From a virus, in the IMG/VR virus record IMGVR_UViG_3300025133_000027, positions 112,255-176,254 of that record: 64,000 nucleotides of DNA; one strand, given 5' to 3'. Below, piece by piece: positions 63,645-64,000 of the stretch; within the stretch, counting starts at the first letter, position 1; every line of letters starts with the position of its first letter. The position numbers and the translations under genes were made by a program. The notes beneath the pieces are model-generated. The model worked only from the letters and a program-made list of their open reading frames with translations. It ran no database searches and was not told the DNA's origin.

Positions 63645-63898
63645 AAATTAAATTAGGACAAGTTTATTACTCCCATCATTTTGATAGTCTTGCAATAGCT
63701 ACTGAGTATATTACAAATAAACAACCCGGTTATGAACAGTGGACGGTTATAGCCAAGATGTTCGATTGTTCTACTGTAAGCTTATATGGTCAAGAGGAAG
63801 CTCATCGTGACTATGAATTAGAGATTGACTCTGGATTGAATCTGAGGTATCCTGTATTCTCAAAGGAAAATAGCGTCCATGGGGACAAGCAGTCTTGA
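63641..63898 (+). CDS. Small hypothetical protein overlapping tRNA-Ser
   Basis: Paralog of 63328; its TGA stop is the tRNA-Ser anticodon. Confidence 0.55.
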   Translation: MKIKLGQVYYSHHFDSLAIATEYITNKQPGYEQWTVIAKMFDCSTVSLYGQEEAHRDYELEIDSGLNLRYPVFSKENSVHGDKQS

Positions 63899-63955
63899 AA
63901 ACTGTGCCATTGGGTGAGTAGCCTGTTGGGGGTTCGATTCCTCTATTTTCCGCCA
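63865..63955 (+). tRNA. tRNA-Ser(TGA), atypical 8/4-type fold, CCA encoded
   Basis: GGAAAATA/TATTTTCC-G-CCA; D arm GTCC-ATGG-GGAC; GCAGT-CTTGAAA-ACTGT; long variable arm; TTCGATT loop. Confidence 0.85.
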
Positions 63956-64000
63956 AGGGGTTAGGACGCACTTGTTTGTAAAGTGCGGTTTGTGCCAGTA

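Noticed and set aside
63865-63955. tRNA-Sec or opal suppressor explaining the deaminase TGA
   Set aside because: The anticodon is UGA (reads UCA, Ser), not UCA.
1487-63971. Minus-strand ORFs in the track (for example 42712-43278, 49317-49835, 63004-63198, 63771-63971)
   Set aside because: Shadows of well-supported plus-strand genes or tRNAs, with no recognisable motifs.
1-64000. Genome-wide stop-codon reassignment
   Set aside because: Long genes are intact in code 11. TGA and TAG end genes at overlaps with the next start, and no suppressor tRNA is seen. Only the deaminase has an internal stop.

Overview
This is a 64 kb segment of a large lytic myophage with T4-like morphogenesis genes. Essentially all genes are on the + strand. 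1-24.4 kb is the late structural module: prohead protease, ribosomal protein bS21, scaffold, gp23-type capsid, neck, sheath, two tubes, chaperone, tape measure and baseplate. 24.4-46 kb covers replication and nucleotide metabolism: minimal PolA, tubulin-like protein, gp32, RecA, 5'-3' exonuclease, DnaB, class II RNR, IMPDH/GMPR, GroES, ThyX, DnaE, dUTPase and Dam. 46-62 kb is accessory: GroEL, Hsp20, DEDDh exonuclease, amidoligase-SH3b, deaminase, HNH, GNAT-like protein and two tandem nucleotidyltransferases. A tRNA cluster starts at 62.6 kb. Two promoter classes are visible: canonical sigma70 promoters and a recurrent late motif ACTATTTATA. The most notable observations are: (1) a covarying H-type pseudoknot RNA repeated 3-4 times in the tRNA spacers; (2) a small early-region protein carrying a copy of the capsid segment equivalent to the T4 Gol peptide, a candidate decoy; (3) enzymes with late promoters and L/I-x-E propeptides, candidate head-packaged effectors; (4) sigma70 promoters embedded in RBS-occluding hairpins; (5) a +1/-2 tail-chaperone frameshift, an in-frame TGA in a deaminase, an 8/4-type tRNA-Ser and a convergent-promoter origin candidate. 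All protein calls come from motif recognition by eye; no database search was run.
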